Made by a program: the position numbers and the translations under genes | Assembly (NCBI GenBank): GCA_030697665.1 | Contig: JAUYPJ010000080.1 | Span: 5,475-69,474, forward strand | DNA from: Candidatus Omnitrophota bacterium | Lineage (GTDB): Bacteria; Omnitrophota; Gorgyraeia; Aquiviventales; Aquiviventaceae | Direction: 5' to 3' | Length of the DNA stretch: 64,000 bases | Notes under the pieces: generated by a model | Databases searched by the model: none | The model's input: only the letters and a program-made list of their open reading frames with translations | What the model was told of the DNA's origin: nothing | Shown: positions 42,815 through 52,253 of the stretch, piece by piece | Numbering within the stretch: position 1 is the first letter of the stretch | Layout: every line of letters begins with the position of its first letter

Positions 42815-43963
42815 TCAATAGCGGGGCATCGTGGGATCCACCTCGCAGGCCCAGGCGTCGATCCCGCCGTGCAGGTGCTTGAGCTTCTTGAAGCCGAACT
42901 GCTCAAGCACCTTCAAGGCTTGCCGGCTTCGCGGGCCGTGGTGGCAGTGGACGACGATCGTATGGGCCGTATCGAGCTCATTGGCGCGCAGGTGCAACTC
43001 TGAGAGCGGAATGAGCTTCGCGCGGTCGATGTGGACGATCTCGTATTCATGCGGCTCACGCACGTCCAGCAGGACGGCGTTGCGATCGCGCTCGAGCAGC
43101 GCCTTGGCCTCCTGCGGGCTGAGATCGTAGGCCGTTGCCTCACCCGCTCCCTCCTCGCCACGCCCTAATCCGCAGAACTGCTCGTAATCGATCAGCTCCT
43201 TGATCGTTGGGCGATCCCCGCAGACCGGACAGTCGGCGCTGCGCCGGATCTGAACCTCGCGAAACTCCATGTTCAGCGCGTTGAACAGCAGCAACCGGCC
43301 GATGAGCGGCTTACCCCGCCCCATCACCAGCTTGATCGCCTCGGTGGCTTGGATCGTGCCGACGATGCCCGGCAGCACGCCCAACACCCCGCCCTCGGCG
43401 CAGCTTGGCACCATCCCGGGCGGGGGCGGCTCCGGAAAGAGGCAGCGGTAGCAGGGCCCTTTGAAGGGGGAAAAGACCGTTGCCTGGCCGTCAAACCGGA
43501 AGATCGAACCGTAGATGTTCGGCTTCTTCTGGAAGACACAGGCGTCATTGACCAGATAGCGGGTGGGGAAGTTGTCGGTCCCGTCAATCACCAGGTCGTA
43601 GCCCTTGATGATGTCCAGGACGTTGTCCCGCGACAGCTTGGTGTTGTAGGTGTTCACGGTGAGGTCGGGATTGATGGACAGGATGCGCTCCTTGGCCGAC
43701 TCGACCTTCAGGCGCCCGACGTCTTGATTGCGATGGATGATCTGCCGCTGGAGATTCGTGAAATCCACGGCGTCAAAATCCACGATGCCTAACGTCCCGA
43801 CGCCCGCCGCCGCCAGATAGAGCCCTAGCGGTGAGCCCAGCCCCCCCGCTCCAATGAGCAGGATCTTGGCGGCAAGAAGCTTCTCCTGCCCCGCGACGCC
43901 GATCTCCGGCATGATGAGGTGCCGGCTGTACCGTAGGATTTGGTCACGTGTTAAGCTTGCCAT
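42815..43963 (-). CDS. moeB: MoeB/ThiF-type adenylyltransferase fused to C-terminal rhodanese domain
   Basis: LLIGAGGLGSP nucleotide loop, CYRC...CPVC zinc motif, and rhodanese active-site loop VHCHHGPRS. Confidence 0.9.
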   Translation of the reverse strand: MASLTRDQILRYSRHLIMPEIGVAGQEKLLAAKILLIGAGGLGSPLGLYLAAAGVGTLGIVDFDAVDFTNLQRQIIHRNQDVGRLKVESAKERILSINPDLTVNTYNTKLSRDNVLDIIKGYDLVIDGTDNFPTRYLVNDACVFQKKPNIYGSIFRFDGQATVFSPFKGPCYRCLFPEPPPPGMVPSCAEGGVLGVLPGIVGTIQATEAIKLVMGRGKPLIGRLLLFNALNMEFREVQIRRSADCPVCGDRPTIKELIDYEQFCGLGRGEEGAGEATAYDLSPQEAKALLERDRNAVLLDVREPHEYEIVHIDRAKLIPLSELHLRANELDTAHTIVVHCHHGPRSRQALKVLEQFGFKKLKHLHGGIDAWACEVDPTMPRY

Positions 43964-44017
43964 GTGTCGGGTGTGAGGTGATAGGTGTGAGAGTATCCCT
44001 CTCACCTCGCACCTCCT

Positions 44018-44431
44018 TTAGAAGGTGAGCACCTTGTCGGCGGTCGCCACGTCCTCCAACAGAAACGCCGGCAGCCCTCGCACCTCGTCGATCTCCGGGA
44101 TGAGATCTTCCCGTTTCAGTCCCCAGATCGCCAACGAGGAGCTGCAGACGTAGTACTTGACGTCGCCCGACGCCTTGATCTGCCGGCAGAGCGCGTGCAG
44201 GTCGAGCAGGTCCAGCTTGCGCAAGCGCTCGCGAACGCCCGAGCTCTCCTGGGCATAGGCGGCGGAGAGCTCCAGGGCGTTGATCCGCCCAGGCGTCAGC
44301 CGGCCGATCGACTCATCCCGGAAGAAGACGCGCGCTGTGATCTCGGAGTGGACCGCGGCCATGAGCACCGTCAGCACCTGGATCAGATTGTTGGTGCTTC
44401 CCCCAGAAACAATGACAGCCAGTGACCTCAT
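44018..44431 (-). CDS. DsrE/DsrF-like sulfur-relay family protein
   Basis: About 137 aa. LAVIVSGGS N-terminus and VCSSS cysteine region. Sits between moeB and sulfite reductase. Confidence 0.65.
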   Translation of the reverse strand: MRSLAVIVSGGSTNNLIQVLTVLMAAVHSEITARVFFRDESIGRLTPGRINALELSAAYAQESSGVRERLRKLDLLDLHALCRQIKASGDVKYYVCSSSLAIWGLKREDLIPEIDEVRGLPAFLLEDVATADKVLTF

Positions 44432-44443
44432 CACAGTTCAGAG

Positions 44444-44524
44444 GAGGTTAAAGGTGAAAGGTTATAGGTAAAAGGGGATCTCTTGCCGTACTTCCCTTTT
44501 ACCTTTCACCTATGACCTTTGACC
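44444..44524. repeat. hairpin built from AGGTGAA/AGGTAAA-type units
   Basis: gaggttaaaggtgaaaggttataggtaaaagggga ... tcccttttacctttcacctatgacctttgacc. A related element lies at 43964-44017. Confidence 0.85.
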
Positions 44525-46180
44525 TTAATAGACGGGTCCATCCGACTCCGGCACTTTCGGGGTCGGGAGCTCATCAGCGTCCGGATCGCCGAGCGGATGG
44601 CCATCCCCGCCCGTCAGGAGCTTGGCGAGTTCCTGATCGCCCACCCGCGCGCACCAGGCATTGAACGACTCTCCCACCTGGCGTTGCCGCGTGAAGCCGA
44701 GGAGCAGCGCTTCGAGCCGTTTGGCGCAGTCGGCCGCCGGGACCTTCCGCAGGACGGGGTGATTGAAGGCCGCCCCTCGGCCCATCTGTCCCCCGACGAA
44801 GATGTCGTAGGCGTCCACGATCTGCCCGTTCACCTTGGTCTTGGAGCCCATCATCCCGATGTGCGCGATCTGGTGCTGGGCGCAGGCATTGGGGCACCCG
44901 TTGAGGTGGAGGCGCAGCGGCTCATCCAGCAGCACCCGGTGCTCGAGGTACTCGACGATCTGCCGGGAGCGCGCCTTCGTCTCCGTGATGGCCAACTTGC
45001 AGAACTCTGTGCCGGTGCAGGTCACGACGCTGCGCCGGATCGGGTGCGCGTTGATCGAGAGGCCCACGTCCGCCAGACCGGCCAGCACCTTCTCCACATG
45101 CGCTTCCGGGATGTTCAGCAGCAGGATGTTCTGCCGGTTGGTCAGGCGGATCGTCTTGCCGTCGCCGCAGCGGCGGCACAGCTCCGCCACCCGTTTCATC
45201 TGCGCGCTCGTGATGCGGCCGACGAGGACCGGGGCGCCGACGTAGTAGAGGCCGGGTTGTTTCTGCGCGTGAAGTCCGACGTGGTCCCGGTAGGTGTCGG
45301 GCGGCTCCTGGAACTCGGCCGGGGCCTCCGCCAGCTTGCGTCCCAACCGCTCCTCGAGCGCCTGGCGAAACTTCGCCACCCCCCAGTCGTGGATGAGGTA
45401 TTTGAGACGGGCATGGTGGCGCTTCTCCCGGTACTCCGGGCTGTCGCGCCAGATCTCCGTGATGTGCCGGATGACCTCGACGACCTCCTCGGGTGTGACG
45501 AAGGCGTTGAGCCGTTGGCTGAGGAACGGCTGCGTGGAAAGCCCTCCGCCGACCCGAAGGTCGAAGCCGGCTTCGGTCCGGCCATCGAGCGTACGGGTGG
45601 CGCCCACCAGGGCCACGCACTGGATCTCTGGATGCACGCAGGCGGTCTTGCAGCCGGAGATGCTGATCTTGTATTTTCTTGGCAGATTGGCATACGCCGG
45701 GTTGCCCAGGAAATAGTGACTCACCTGCTGCACGACGGGACCGGCATCGAGCAGCTCGTCTTTGTCCACGCCGGCCACGGGGCAGCCGATCACGTTGCGC
45801 ATGATGTCGCCGCACGCCCCGAGGGTTTTGACCCCCACGGCGTCCAACCGCTTGACGATGGCCGCTGCCTCGGTGTAGTGCAACCAGTGGAGCTGGAAGT
45901 CCTGTCGGGTCGTGATGTCGGCGAACCCTTTGTTCTGCCGCTCCGCGATGTCGGCGATCGTCTCCAGTTGCTCAGGTGTCACGAAGCCGTTGGGCTGTTT
46001 CGTGCGCAGCATGAAGTAGCCCTTGTCATGGCGATGGGTGTAGAGTCCCACCCATTTGCACATGAACAGGTCATCTTCCGAGAGGCTCTCGTAGCCTTGG
46101 GTCGCGGCGCGCTCGACCGCCCGGAGGACCTCAAATGGGTCGCCGTAGCGCGCTTTGATCAACTCGGATGTATTCGGCAT
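44525..46180 (-). CDS. ferredoxin-type sulfite/nitrite reductase (siroheme-[4Fe-4S])
   Basis: CTGTEFCKLAITETK and NGCPNACAQHQIAHIG cluster/siroheme cysteines. ATG 46178-46180. Confidence 0.9.
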   Translation of the reverse strand: MPNTSELIKARYGDPFEVLRAVERAATQGYESLSEDDLFMCKWVGLYTHRHDKGYFMLRTKQPNGFVTPEQLETIADIAERQNKGFADITTRQDFQLHWLHYTEAAAIVKRLDAVGVKTLGACGDIMRNVIGCPVAGVDKDELLDAGPVVQQVSHYFLGNPAYANLPRKYKISISGCKTACVHPEIQCVALVGATRTLDGRTEAGFDLRVGGGLSTQPFLSQRLNAFVTPEEVVEVIRHITEIWRDSPEYREKRHHARLKYLIHDWGVAKFRQALEERLGRKLAEAPAEFQEPPDTYRDHVGLHAQKQPGLYYVGAPVLVGRITSAQMKRVAELCRRCGDGKTIRLTNRQNILLLNIPEAHVEKVLAGLADVGLSINAHPIRRSVVTCTGTEFCKLAITETKARSRQIVEYLEHRVLLDEPLRLHLNGCPNACAQHQIAHIGMMGSKTKVNGQIVDAYDIFVGGQMGRGAAFNHPVLRKVPAADCAKRLEALLLGFTRQRQVGESFNAWCARVGDQELAKLLTGGDGHPLGDPDADELPTPKVPESDGPVY

Positions 46181-46332
46181 CTGTGCTCTCTGAGCCGCTA
46201 AATGCGCCCACGAATGCAATTGAACATTGGAGCGCATTTACCCCGAGCGCTAGCGAGGGGTAACCCCTCGTCGCATAGCTCCTCGGGGTAAATGGAACCA
46301 CCTCGAATGTTAACGTGCATAGGTGGTTCCAT

Positions 46333-47385
46333 TTAGAGGCGGACCTTGCTGCCGACTTCGCTCCACCATCGGTCCAGCTCAGGGGTGAAATACTTGAGCC
46401 GGGTCTTCTTATATTCTTTCGTGCTGAAGAGATTTTTGTGCGGGAACTGCCCGGCGCGCTCCTCGATGCGCCGCACGACGTCCATGCAGGCGGGATACGT
46501 TTCCGCGTGGATCATCGTGAACAGCGCGTAGGGCCAGCTGGGGTAGACGGGCCGACGGTAGCAATGGCTCACTTCCCTGAAGCGCGCCATCTGTTCCCCC
46601 GCCCGGTCCACCTCCTCGGGCGGCGCCTGCCACACCACCATGGCGTTCGCTTTGAAGCCGGCGTTGCGATGGTACAAGATCGCGGCGAACCGCCGCATGT
46701 AGCCCAGGTGCTCCATCTTCTTGGCCCACGCGAACAGCTCCTCTTCGGTCATCCCGGCCTGCTCCGCCCAGACGGCATACGGCAGCTCCAGCAGCGGGAG
46801 GTCTTCCTGGAGGATCCGGATCAACCGGACGTCCTGCTCGGTCAGCGGCGGTTTCGGCGCCATCCGGCGGGCTTCGTCGTAGATCTCCTCCGGGTTTTCC
46901 AGCGCCGCCTCCTGGCCGGTGAGGTCCAGCTTGACCCCGATCTTGTAGAGCCGCAGGGTGGGGAGCATGATCGTCTCCTCCGCCTTGCCCAGGGTATGGA
47001 GGATCCTGACGATCTGCTCCAGCGAGTCCTGCGGGGGCATGGCGATCGTGAACCAGATGTTGAAGGAATCGTTGCGCTTGTAATTATGGCTGACGCCGGG
47101 ATGCTGGTTGACGACCTCTGCAGCCTCATCGACCCGGGCCGGATCGACGCGCATGGCGACGAGGCTGCTCTGGTAACCCAGGGCGCGGGTGTCGAAAATC
47201 GCGCAGAGCTGCCGGATGACCATGGTCGCCTTGAGCCGGGCGATGCGCTCGAGGCACTCCTGTTCCGTAACGCCTAGGAGCTCCCCCAGCCGTTGAAACG
47301 GGCGATGGTCGATGGGGAACTGTTTTTGGAGCTCGGTGAGGAGCGCCTTGTCGACATCGTCAAACGTCTGGGTGGCTGTCGTCAT
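46333..47385 (-). CDS. fused AsnC/Lrp-like siroheme decarboxylase (AhbA/AhbB or NirDL-like)
   Basis: Two tandem modules, each an HTH plus a VSHNYKR / VSHCYRR signature. Start ATG 47383-47385. Confidence 0.75.
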   Translation of the reverse strand: MTTATQTFDDVDKALLTELQKQFPIDHRPFQRLGELLGVTEQECLERIARLKATMVIRQLCAIFDTRALGYQSSLVAMRVDPARVDEAAEVVNQHPGVSHNYKRNDSFNIWFTIAMPPQDSLEQIVRILHTLGKAEETIMLPTLRLYKIGVKLDLTGQEAALENPEEIYDEARRMAPKPPLTEQDVRLIRILQEDLPLLELPYAVWAEQAGMTEEELFAWAKKMEHLGYMRRFAAILYHRNAGFKANAMVVWQAPPEEVDRAGEQMARFREVSHCYRRPVYPSWPYALFTMIHAETYPACMDVVRRIEERAGQFPHKNLFSTKEYKKTRLKYFTPELDRWWSEVGSKVRL

Positions 47386-47498
47386 CCCACCACCTGTCGC
47401 TGGGTCTGCCTTCGGCAGACCCGGTGCCAGGTCCTCAACGGCCCTGTCCGCCTCGTCATGGCACACCAGCCTTCGGCTGGTGCGACAGGTGGTGGGAT
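47384..47498. repeat. inverted-repeat clamp: ATCCCACCACCTGTCGC (47384-47400) / GCGACAGGTGGTGGGAT (47482-47498), flanked by ATGA in transcript orientation
   Basis: Perfect 17-nt inverted repeat. The interior holds two GAA/TTCG-looped hairpins. On the minus-strand transcript the 3' arm carries the SD-like tract and the ATG of the decarboxylase gene. Confidence 0.85.
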
Positions 47499-48517
47499 CA
47501 TGACGCTTGCGCGGCCGGCGCCGGCAGTCCGAACTCATGGGCGGCGAGGTCGCGGAGGCGCATCAGCTCATCCGGGGTCAAGCCCGTGAGGTCTGGGGCT
47601 GCCGCGAACTCGCGCAGCGCCTCTTCGGTGGTGATGTTCGGCAGGACCGAGGCCACGGATGGCTCCGCGAGGATAAACTGGAGGGCCGCCTGACCGAGGG
47701 TGCGGCCCGTCTGCTCCGTGAGGAATGCCAGCTGGCGGACCTTCCTGAGGCCGTCGATCTGCCATTGGCGCTTGCGCTCCTCCGTGGAGACGCGATGATA
47801 GCGATGGTCTTGTTCGGTGAACGAGGTCTGTTCGGTCACCGACCCGTCAAGGAGGCCCGAGGCGTGGGGGACCCGGATCAGGAAGCTGCACGGCCGGCGG
47901 CGTCCCATGGCGAAGAGGGCTTCCCCCAGCATCTGCTCCAGGAGGTTGTAGATGATGTAGACCACATCGACGCCGCGGTGGGTGATGGCGTACGCCCCCT
48001 CCTCGATCTGTCGCGGCGCGATGGCGGGGCCCAGCGCCGGACCGTAGGCGCGGATCTTGCCCTCCTGCTTGAGCGTCTCGAGCGTCGCGAAGAGATCGTC
48101 CCGCTGCAGGGCGTCCAGGCGCGGGTTGTGGAGCTGGTAGAGGTCGATCACGTCCGTCTGCAGGCGCCGGAGGCTTTCTTCCAGGGCGCTCCGGACGTAG
48201 TCGGGCCGCCAGTCTTGCGGCAGCTCTTCGTGGCCGCGCCGGGCGTTGTGGTGCGAGACATCGTAGCCGAATTTCGTGCCGATGGTCAGGCGGCGGCGCT
48301 GAGGACCCAACGCCTTGGCCAGGATCGTCTCGCCCAGGCCGTTGCCGTAGGTGTCCGCGGTATCGAAGAAGGTGATGCCCGCCTCGTACGCCTGCTGGAG
48401 CAGCCTAACCCCCACCGCCTCCTCGGTGATGCCCCACCAGGTGGTGGCGACGGTCCAGACCCCGAAGCCGATCTCGGAGACGGTCACATCGGTTGTCCCA
48501 ATGTTTCGATATCTCAT
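47498..48517 (-). CDS. aldo/keto reductase
   Basis: FFDTADTYGNGLGE and the overall AKR pattern. Start MRYRNIG. Confidence 0.9.
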   Translation of the reverse strand: MRYRNIGTTDVTVSEIGFGVWTVATTWWGITEEAVGVRLLQQAYEAGITFFDTADTYGNGLGETILAKALGPQRRRLTIGTKFGYDVSHHNARRGHEELPQDWRPDYVRSALEESLRRLQTDVIDLYQLHNPRLDALQRDDLFATLETLKQEGKIRAYGPALGPAIAPRQIEEGAYAITHRGVDVVYIIYNLLEQMLGEALFAMGRRRPCSFLIRVPHASGLLDGSVTEQTSFTEQDHRYHRVSTEERKRQWQIDGLRKVRQLAFLTEQTGRTLGQAALQFILAEPSVASVLPNITTEEALREFAAAPDLTGLTPDELMRLRDLAAHEFGLPAPAAQAS

Positions 48518-48637
48518 GGAGGGACCGCCCATCGTCCACGGTCGACAGTCCACCGTACCAACTGAGGGTCACGTGATACTGTGGACAGTGGTCGGTGGAC
48601 AGTGGACGAGTTTCTGGATTTCTGTGACAACACAGTG

Positions 48638-49408
48638 TTAGTCATAGACGTCGGCGGGAATGCCGGTGGCCGTCGTGAGCCGGTTGGCAATCTGCTGGAG
48701 CGTGGCGCGCGGGACCTTCACAATGCCGGACGCGGCGGTGCCCCGGTCCACCGTATAGACCTGCACCGACAGGGGACGGATCGAGCCCACGACCTGGATC
48801 CATCGCTGGAGGTGCGGCGCATCCGTATTGTCATGACTGCCCTGGATGAACATGCTCTGGAGGATGATCTCGGGCAGCCGGCGCAGCGCCTCGACCATCG
48901 CCTGGAAGTCCGTCTTCCCCAGCGGGTCGTTGATCCGCCTCCAGGTGGCCTCATCGGCCGCGTCGAATTTCATGTACCGGACATCCAACAGCCCCAGCGT
49001 CTCCCGGACCCTCGGGCGGGTCAGTTGGGTGGAGTCGGTGAGGATGCCCACGCGGGCGCCAGGGAAGTGGCGATCGCGCAGCATCTTGATGCCGACGACC
49101 AACTCCAGCAAGTCGGGATGGAGCGTCGGCTCTCCGTTGCCGGCCAGCGTGACGCAGTCAACCGGGGTGCCCCGGTCTACATGGTCGGCAAAGGCGGCGT
49201 CAATGTCTTGCAGCAGCTCCGGCGCGCGCCTCAGTCGCTCGGCTGTTCCCTCGGGGAGCGTCCAGCCGTACTGGCAGTAGACGCAGTTGGACGAGCAGAC
49301 CTTGTGGCTGAGGGGCAGGACGTTGATCCCCAGGGAATGGCCCAGTCGTCTGGAATGGATCGGGCCGTACACGACGCTGTCTTGAAGCGGAATCGTCTCG
49401 GAGCGCAT
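48638..49408 (-). CDS. radical SAM protein
   Basis: CSSNCVYC matches the CxxxCxxC cluster motif. Also GNGEPTL. Confidence 0.8.
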   Translation of the reverse strand: MRSETIPLQDSVVYGPIHSRRLGHSLGINVLPLSHKVCSSNCVYCQYGWTLPEGTAERLRRAPELLQDIDAAFADHVDRGTPVDCVTLAGNGEPTLHPDLLELVVGIKMLRDRHFPGARVGILTDSTQLTRPRVRETLGLLDVRYMKFDAADEATWRRINDPLGKTDFQAMVEALRRLPEIILQSMFIQGSHDNTDAPHLQRWIQVVGSIRPLSVQVYTVDRGTAASGIVKVPRATLQQIANRLTTATGIPADVYD

Positions 49409-49469
49409 GAGACCATTGTACGGGAGGCGCTCACCAGCGTCAATGCATCCATGGAGGCCGGTCTTCTCA

Positions 49470-49499
49470 TTGCGATCGACGGGACAGATGGGATATAAT
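49470..49499 (+). promoter_or_regulatory. candidate sigma-70 promoter TTGCGA-N18-TATAAT for rpoN (very short leader)
   Basis: -10 TATAAT at 49494-49499 lies only 7 nt before ATG 49507. Confidence 0.35.
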
Positions 49500-49506
49500 T
49501 CACCCT

Positions 49507-50895
49507 ATGACAGCAGTACAAGTCCATCAAGGACTTCGGCAACTTCCCTCCCTTGCCCCCTCCCTGCGGTTCGCTCTTGAAATCCTCCAGATGCCGCTTG
49601 CTCAGCTTCAACGCTATGTCGTGGAGCAAGTCGAAGAGAACCCGTTATTGGAACTCGTGGAGGCCTCATCGGCTCCTGCCGAGTCAACGTCCGCGCCTTC
49701 CGGAAATGAACAGTCCGAAGAACCTGATGCCGGGCTCCCAGGCTCCTTTCACGATGCTTCCGACAGGGAGGGGGTGCGCGATGAGGAACTCTCCTATGAC
49801 GGCCCCGCACGGGCTGTCTCCTTGCATGAACATTTGCTGTTTCAGCTTCATTGTCTGCCGGATGACACTCCAGGCCTCACACCTGCGGAGGCCCTGATCG
49901 AATGGCTCGACCCCGACGGGTATCTACGAACTCCGTTGGAGGACATTGCGCAGACGGAAGGCCTGTCAGTCGCGGTGCTGAAACAAGGTCTCGCTGTGCT
50001 CCACCGGCTCGATCCGCCGGGCGTTGGAGCGCGGAGCCTGTCGGAATGTCTCCTGATCCAGTTGGCTCATCGCAACCAATCAGCGAGTCTGGCGGCGCGC
50101 ATCATCCGGGATCATTTCGAGACGTTCACCAAACGCCGGCTGAACGAGCTCGTTGGAACACTCCATGCCAGCCCTTCCGAGGTCCGGGCAGCTTGCGAGG
50201 CCATCGCCCGCCTCGATCCAAAGCCGGCTGGAAATTTCTCCGCAGACCCTGCGCTTCCGCTCATCCCGGACCTCATCGTGAGGAAAGTGGGGGAACAGTA
50301 TGAAGTTGAGCTGAATGAGGAGGCATTGTCCCGCGTCAGGCTGAACCCGCGCTACCGGAACCTCCTGCGCGACCCATCCGCGCCTGCTGATGCCAAGCAG
50401 TTCCTCAGAGAACGGCTTCAGCAGGCTCTGTGGCTCCTGAAGGCCCTTGAACAGCGCAGCGCCAGATTGCTTGGCATTGGCCGGTGCCTCGTTGAACTGG
50501 AACGGGACTATCTTGAAAACGGGGTGTCACACCTTCGGGCTCTCACCCAAGACGAAGTTGCCAGCGCAGTCGGCTGTCACGCCTCTACAATCAGCAGGGG
50601 CATCGCCCACAAGACCCTCCAGACCCCGTATGGGATCGTGCCGTTGGAGCAATTCTTTGGCGGTGGGATTGCCGATGGCCAGCATCCGTCGAGCCGTCTT
50701 TCCGCCCACAGTATCCGTGCCGAGCTCACACAGTTGATTGCGAGTGAAGACTCCGCTCATCCCCTGAGCGACCAGGCCTTGATGGAAGACCTCCGCACTC
50801 GCGGCTACCCCGTTGCCAGGAGAACGGTCGCCAAGTACCGTGAACAGTTGAACATCCTATCTGCCCATCTCAGACGGCAACTCCCAGCATCATGA
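49507..50895 (+). CDS. rpoN: RNA polymerase sigma-54 factor
   Basis: Gln/Leu-rich region I, acidic linker, and C-terminal RpoN box ARRTVAKYREQL. Confidence 0.9.
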   Translation: MTAVQVHQGLRQLPSLAPSLRFALEILQMPLAQLQRYVVEQVEENPLLELVEASSAPAESTSAPSGNEQSEEPDAGLPGSFHDASDREGVRDEELSYDGPARAVSLHEHLLFQLHCLPDDTPGLTPAEALIEWLDPDGYLRTPLEDIAQTEGLSVAVLKQGLAVLHRLDPPGVGARSLSECLLIQLAHRNQSASLAARIIRDHFETFTKRRLNELVGTLHASPSEVRAACEAIARLDPKPAGNFSADPALPLIPDLIVRKVGEQYEVELNEEALSRVRLNPRYRNLLRDPSAPADAKQFLRERLQQALWLLKALEQRSARLLGIGRCLVELERDYLENGVSHLRALTQDEVASAVGCHASTISRGIAHKTLQTPYGIVPLEQFFGGGIADGQHPSSRLSAHSIRAELTQLIASEDSAHPLSDQALMEDLRTRGYPVARRTVAKYREQLNILSAHLRRQLPAS

Positions 50896-52253
50896 AACCG
50901 TCCATTGTGAAGCCCGTGTCTCTCAACGCCAAGATACTGGCCGGATCCCTCGCATTGGGGGTCCTGATCGTGGCCATTGGTGCGCTGGCGGTGCATATGA
51001 GTCATACGGTTGCTCGTTCCTCGACGGCGATCCTGGTTGAAAACGTCTCCAGCCTCAAGGCGGCTGAAGAGCTGGAAATCGCCTTACTGGATCAGAAAGG
51101 GGTTGTGGGCAGCTACCTGTTGGATGGCGATGAGAAGTGGCTGCGGCTCCTGGAGGAGAAGCGCAAGAAATACGACGAGTGGTTTGCCCGGGCGAAAGAC
51201 GTGGCGCTCACGGGTCACGAGCAGCGCATCCTTGAGCGGATCCGACTCCTCTATCAGGAGTATGACCGCCTGCGATTCCAGGTCATCCGGCTCGCTCAGG
51301 ACGGCAGCCGCTTCGCAGCCCAGCAGCTGTTGCTGAACCGCGTCCGTGAGATCGTGGAGTCGCTCTATGACGCCTGCGAGGAACTCCTGTTCTTCAACGA
51401 GCAGTTGATCGCCGAGTCACAGAAGAAAAGCCAGCAGCAGCTTACCTGGTTCCAAGCTGTGCTCTGGAGCAGCATCGCGGTGGCGATCTTCCTGGGCCTG
51501 CTCGGAGGATGGATGGTCGCTCGGGGCATGACGAAGCGGCTGGTGCAATCCGAGAAACTGGCGTCCCTGGGACACATGGCAGGTCTGGTCGCCCATGAGG
51601 TGCGCAATCCCCTCACGGCAATCAAGATGCGGGTTCACTCGCTTCAGGAGGAACTGGTTGCTTCTGTCTCAAGCCAGGATGATGTGGAAGTCATCCGGCA
51701 GGAAATCGAGCGACTGGAGCGGATCGTCCAGAACTTCCTCGACTTCGTGCGGCTCCCAGAACCTAAGATTCAACCGCTCTCACTGAGCGACGTCATCAAA
51801 CGAGCTCTTGAAGTTCTGAGGCCGAATCTGGAGGAACACGCGGTTCAGGTCACGATGCGCTTGTCTGATGGGCTTCCCGCTATTCAGGGTGACGCCGAGC
51901 AGTTGGAGCAGGTGTTCTTGAACCTGCTCCTGAACGCCATCCAGGCGATGCCGGGAGGGGGCGCCATCGAACTGGCGGCATCCTGGATCAAAGGCCGCAC
52001 GGAGACGGACGGCTCGATAGAAGTGGCCGTGAACGACACAGGACCTGGTATTCCAAAGGAGCTACGCGAAAAGATCTTTGACCCCTTCTTCACCACCAAG
52101 GCCAATGGCATCGGCCTGGGGCTTTCGCTGGCCAAAAAAGTCGTGGAGCAGCATCGAGGGGTCATTGAAGTGCAGGACCGCAATGGATCGGGCACGGCGG
52201 TGACCATCCGGCTTCCTGCCCGACAGCCTGTTGAGGCGCAGGTGGTAGGATGA
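50892..52253 (+). CDS. sensor histidine kinase (NtrB/AtoS-like)
   Basis: Two TM helices, H-box [10 protein letters not shown], and N/G boxes LLLNAIQAM and DTGPGI. Confidence 0.85.
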   Translation: MKPSIVKPVSLNAKILAGSLALGVLIVAIGALAVHMSHTVARSSTAILVENVSSLKAAEELEIALLDQKGVVGSYLLDGDEKWLRLLEEKRKKYDEWFARAKDVALTGHEQRILERIRLLYQEYDRLRFQVIRLAQDGSRFAAQQLLLNRVREIVESLYDACEELLFFNEQLIAESQKKSQQQLTWFQAVLWSSIAVAIFLGLLGGWMVARGMTKRLVQSEKLASLGHMAGLVAHEVRNPLTAIKMRVHSLQEELVASVSSQDDVEVIRQEIERLERIVQNFLDFVRLPEPKIQPLSLSDVIKRALEVLRPNLEEHAVQVTMRLSDGLPAIQGDAEQLEQVFLNLLLNAIQAMPGGGAIELAASWIKGRTETDGSIEVAVNDTGPGIPKELREKIFDPFFTTKANGIGLGLSLAKKVVEQHRGVIEVQDRNGSGTAVTIRLPARQPVEAQVVG

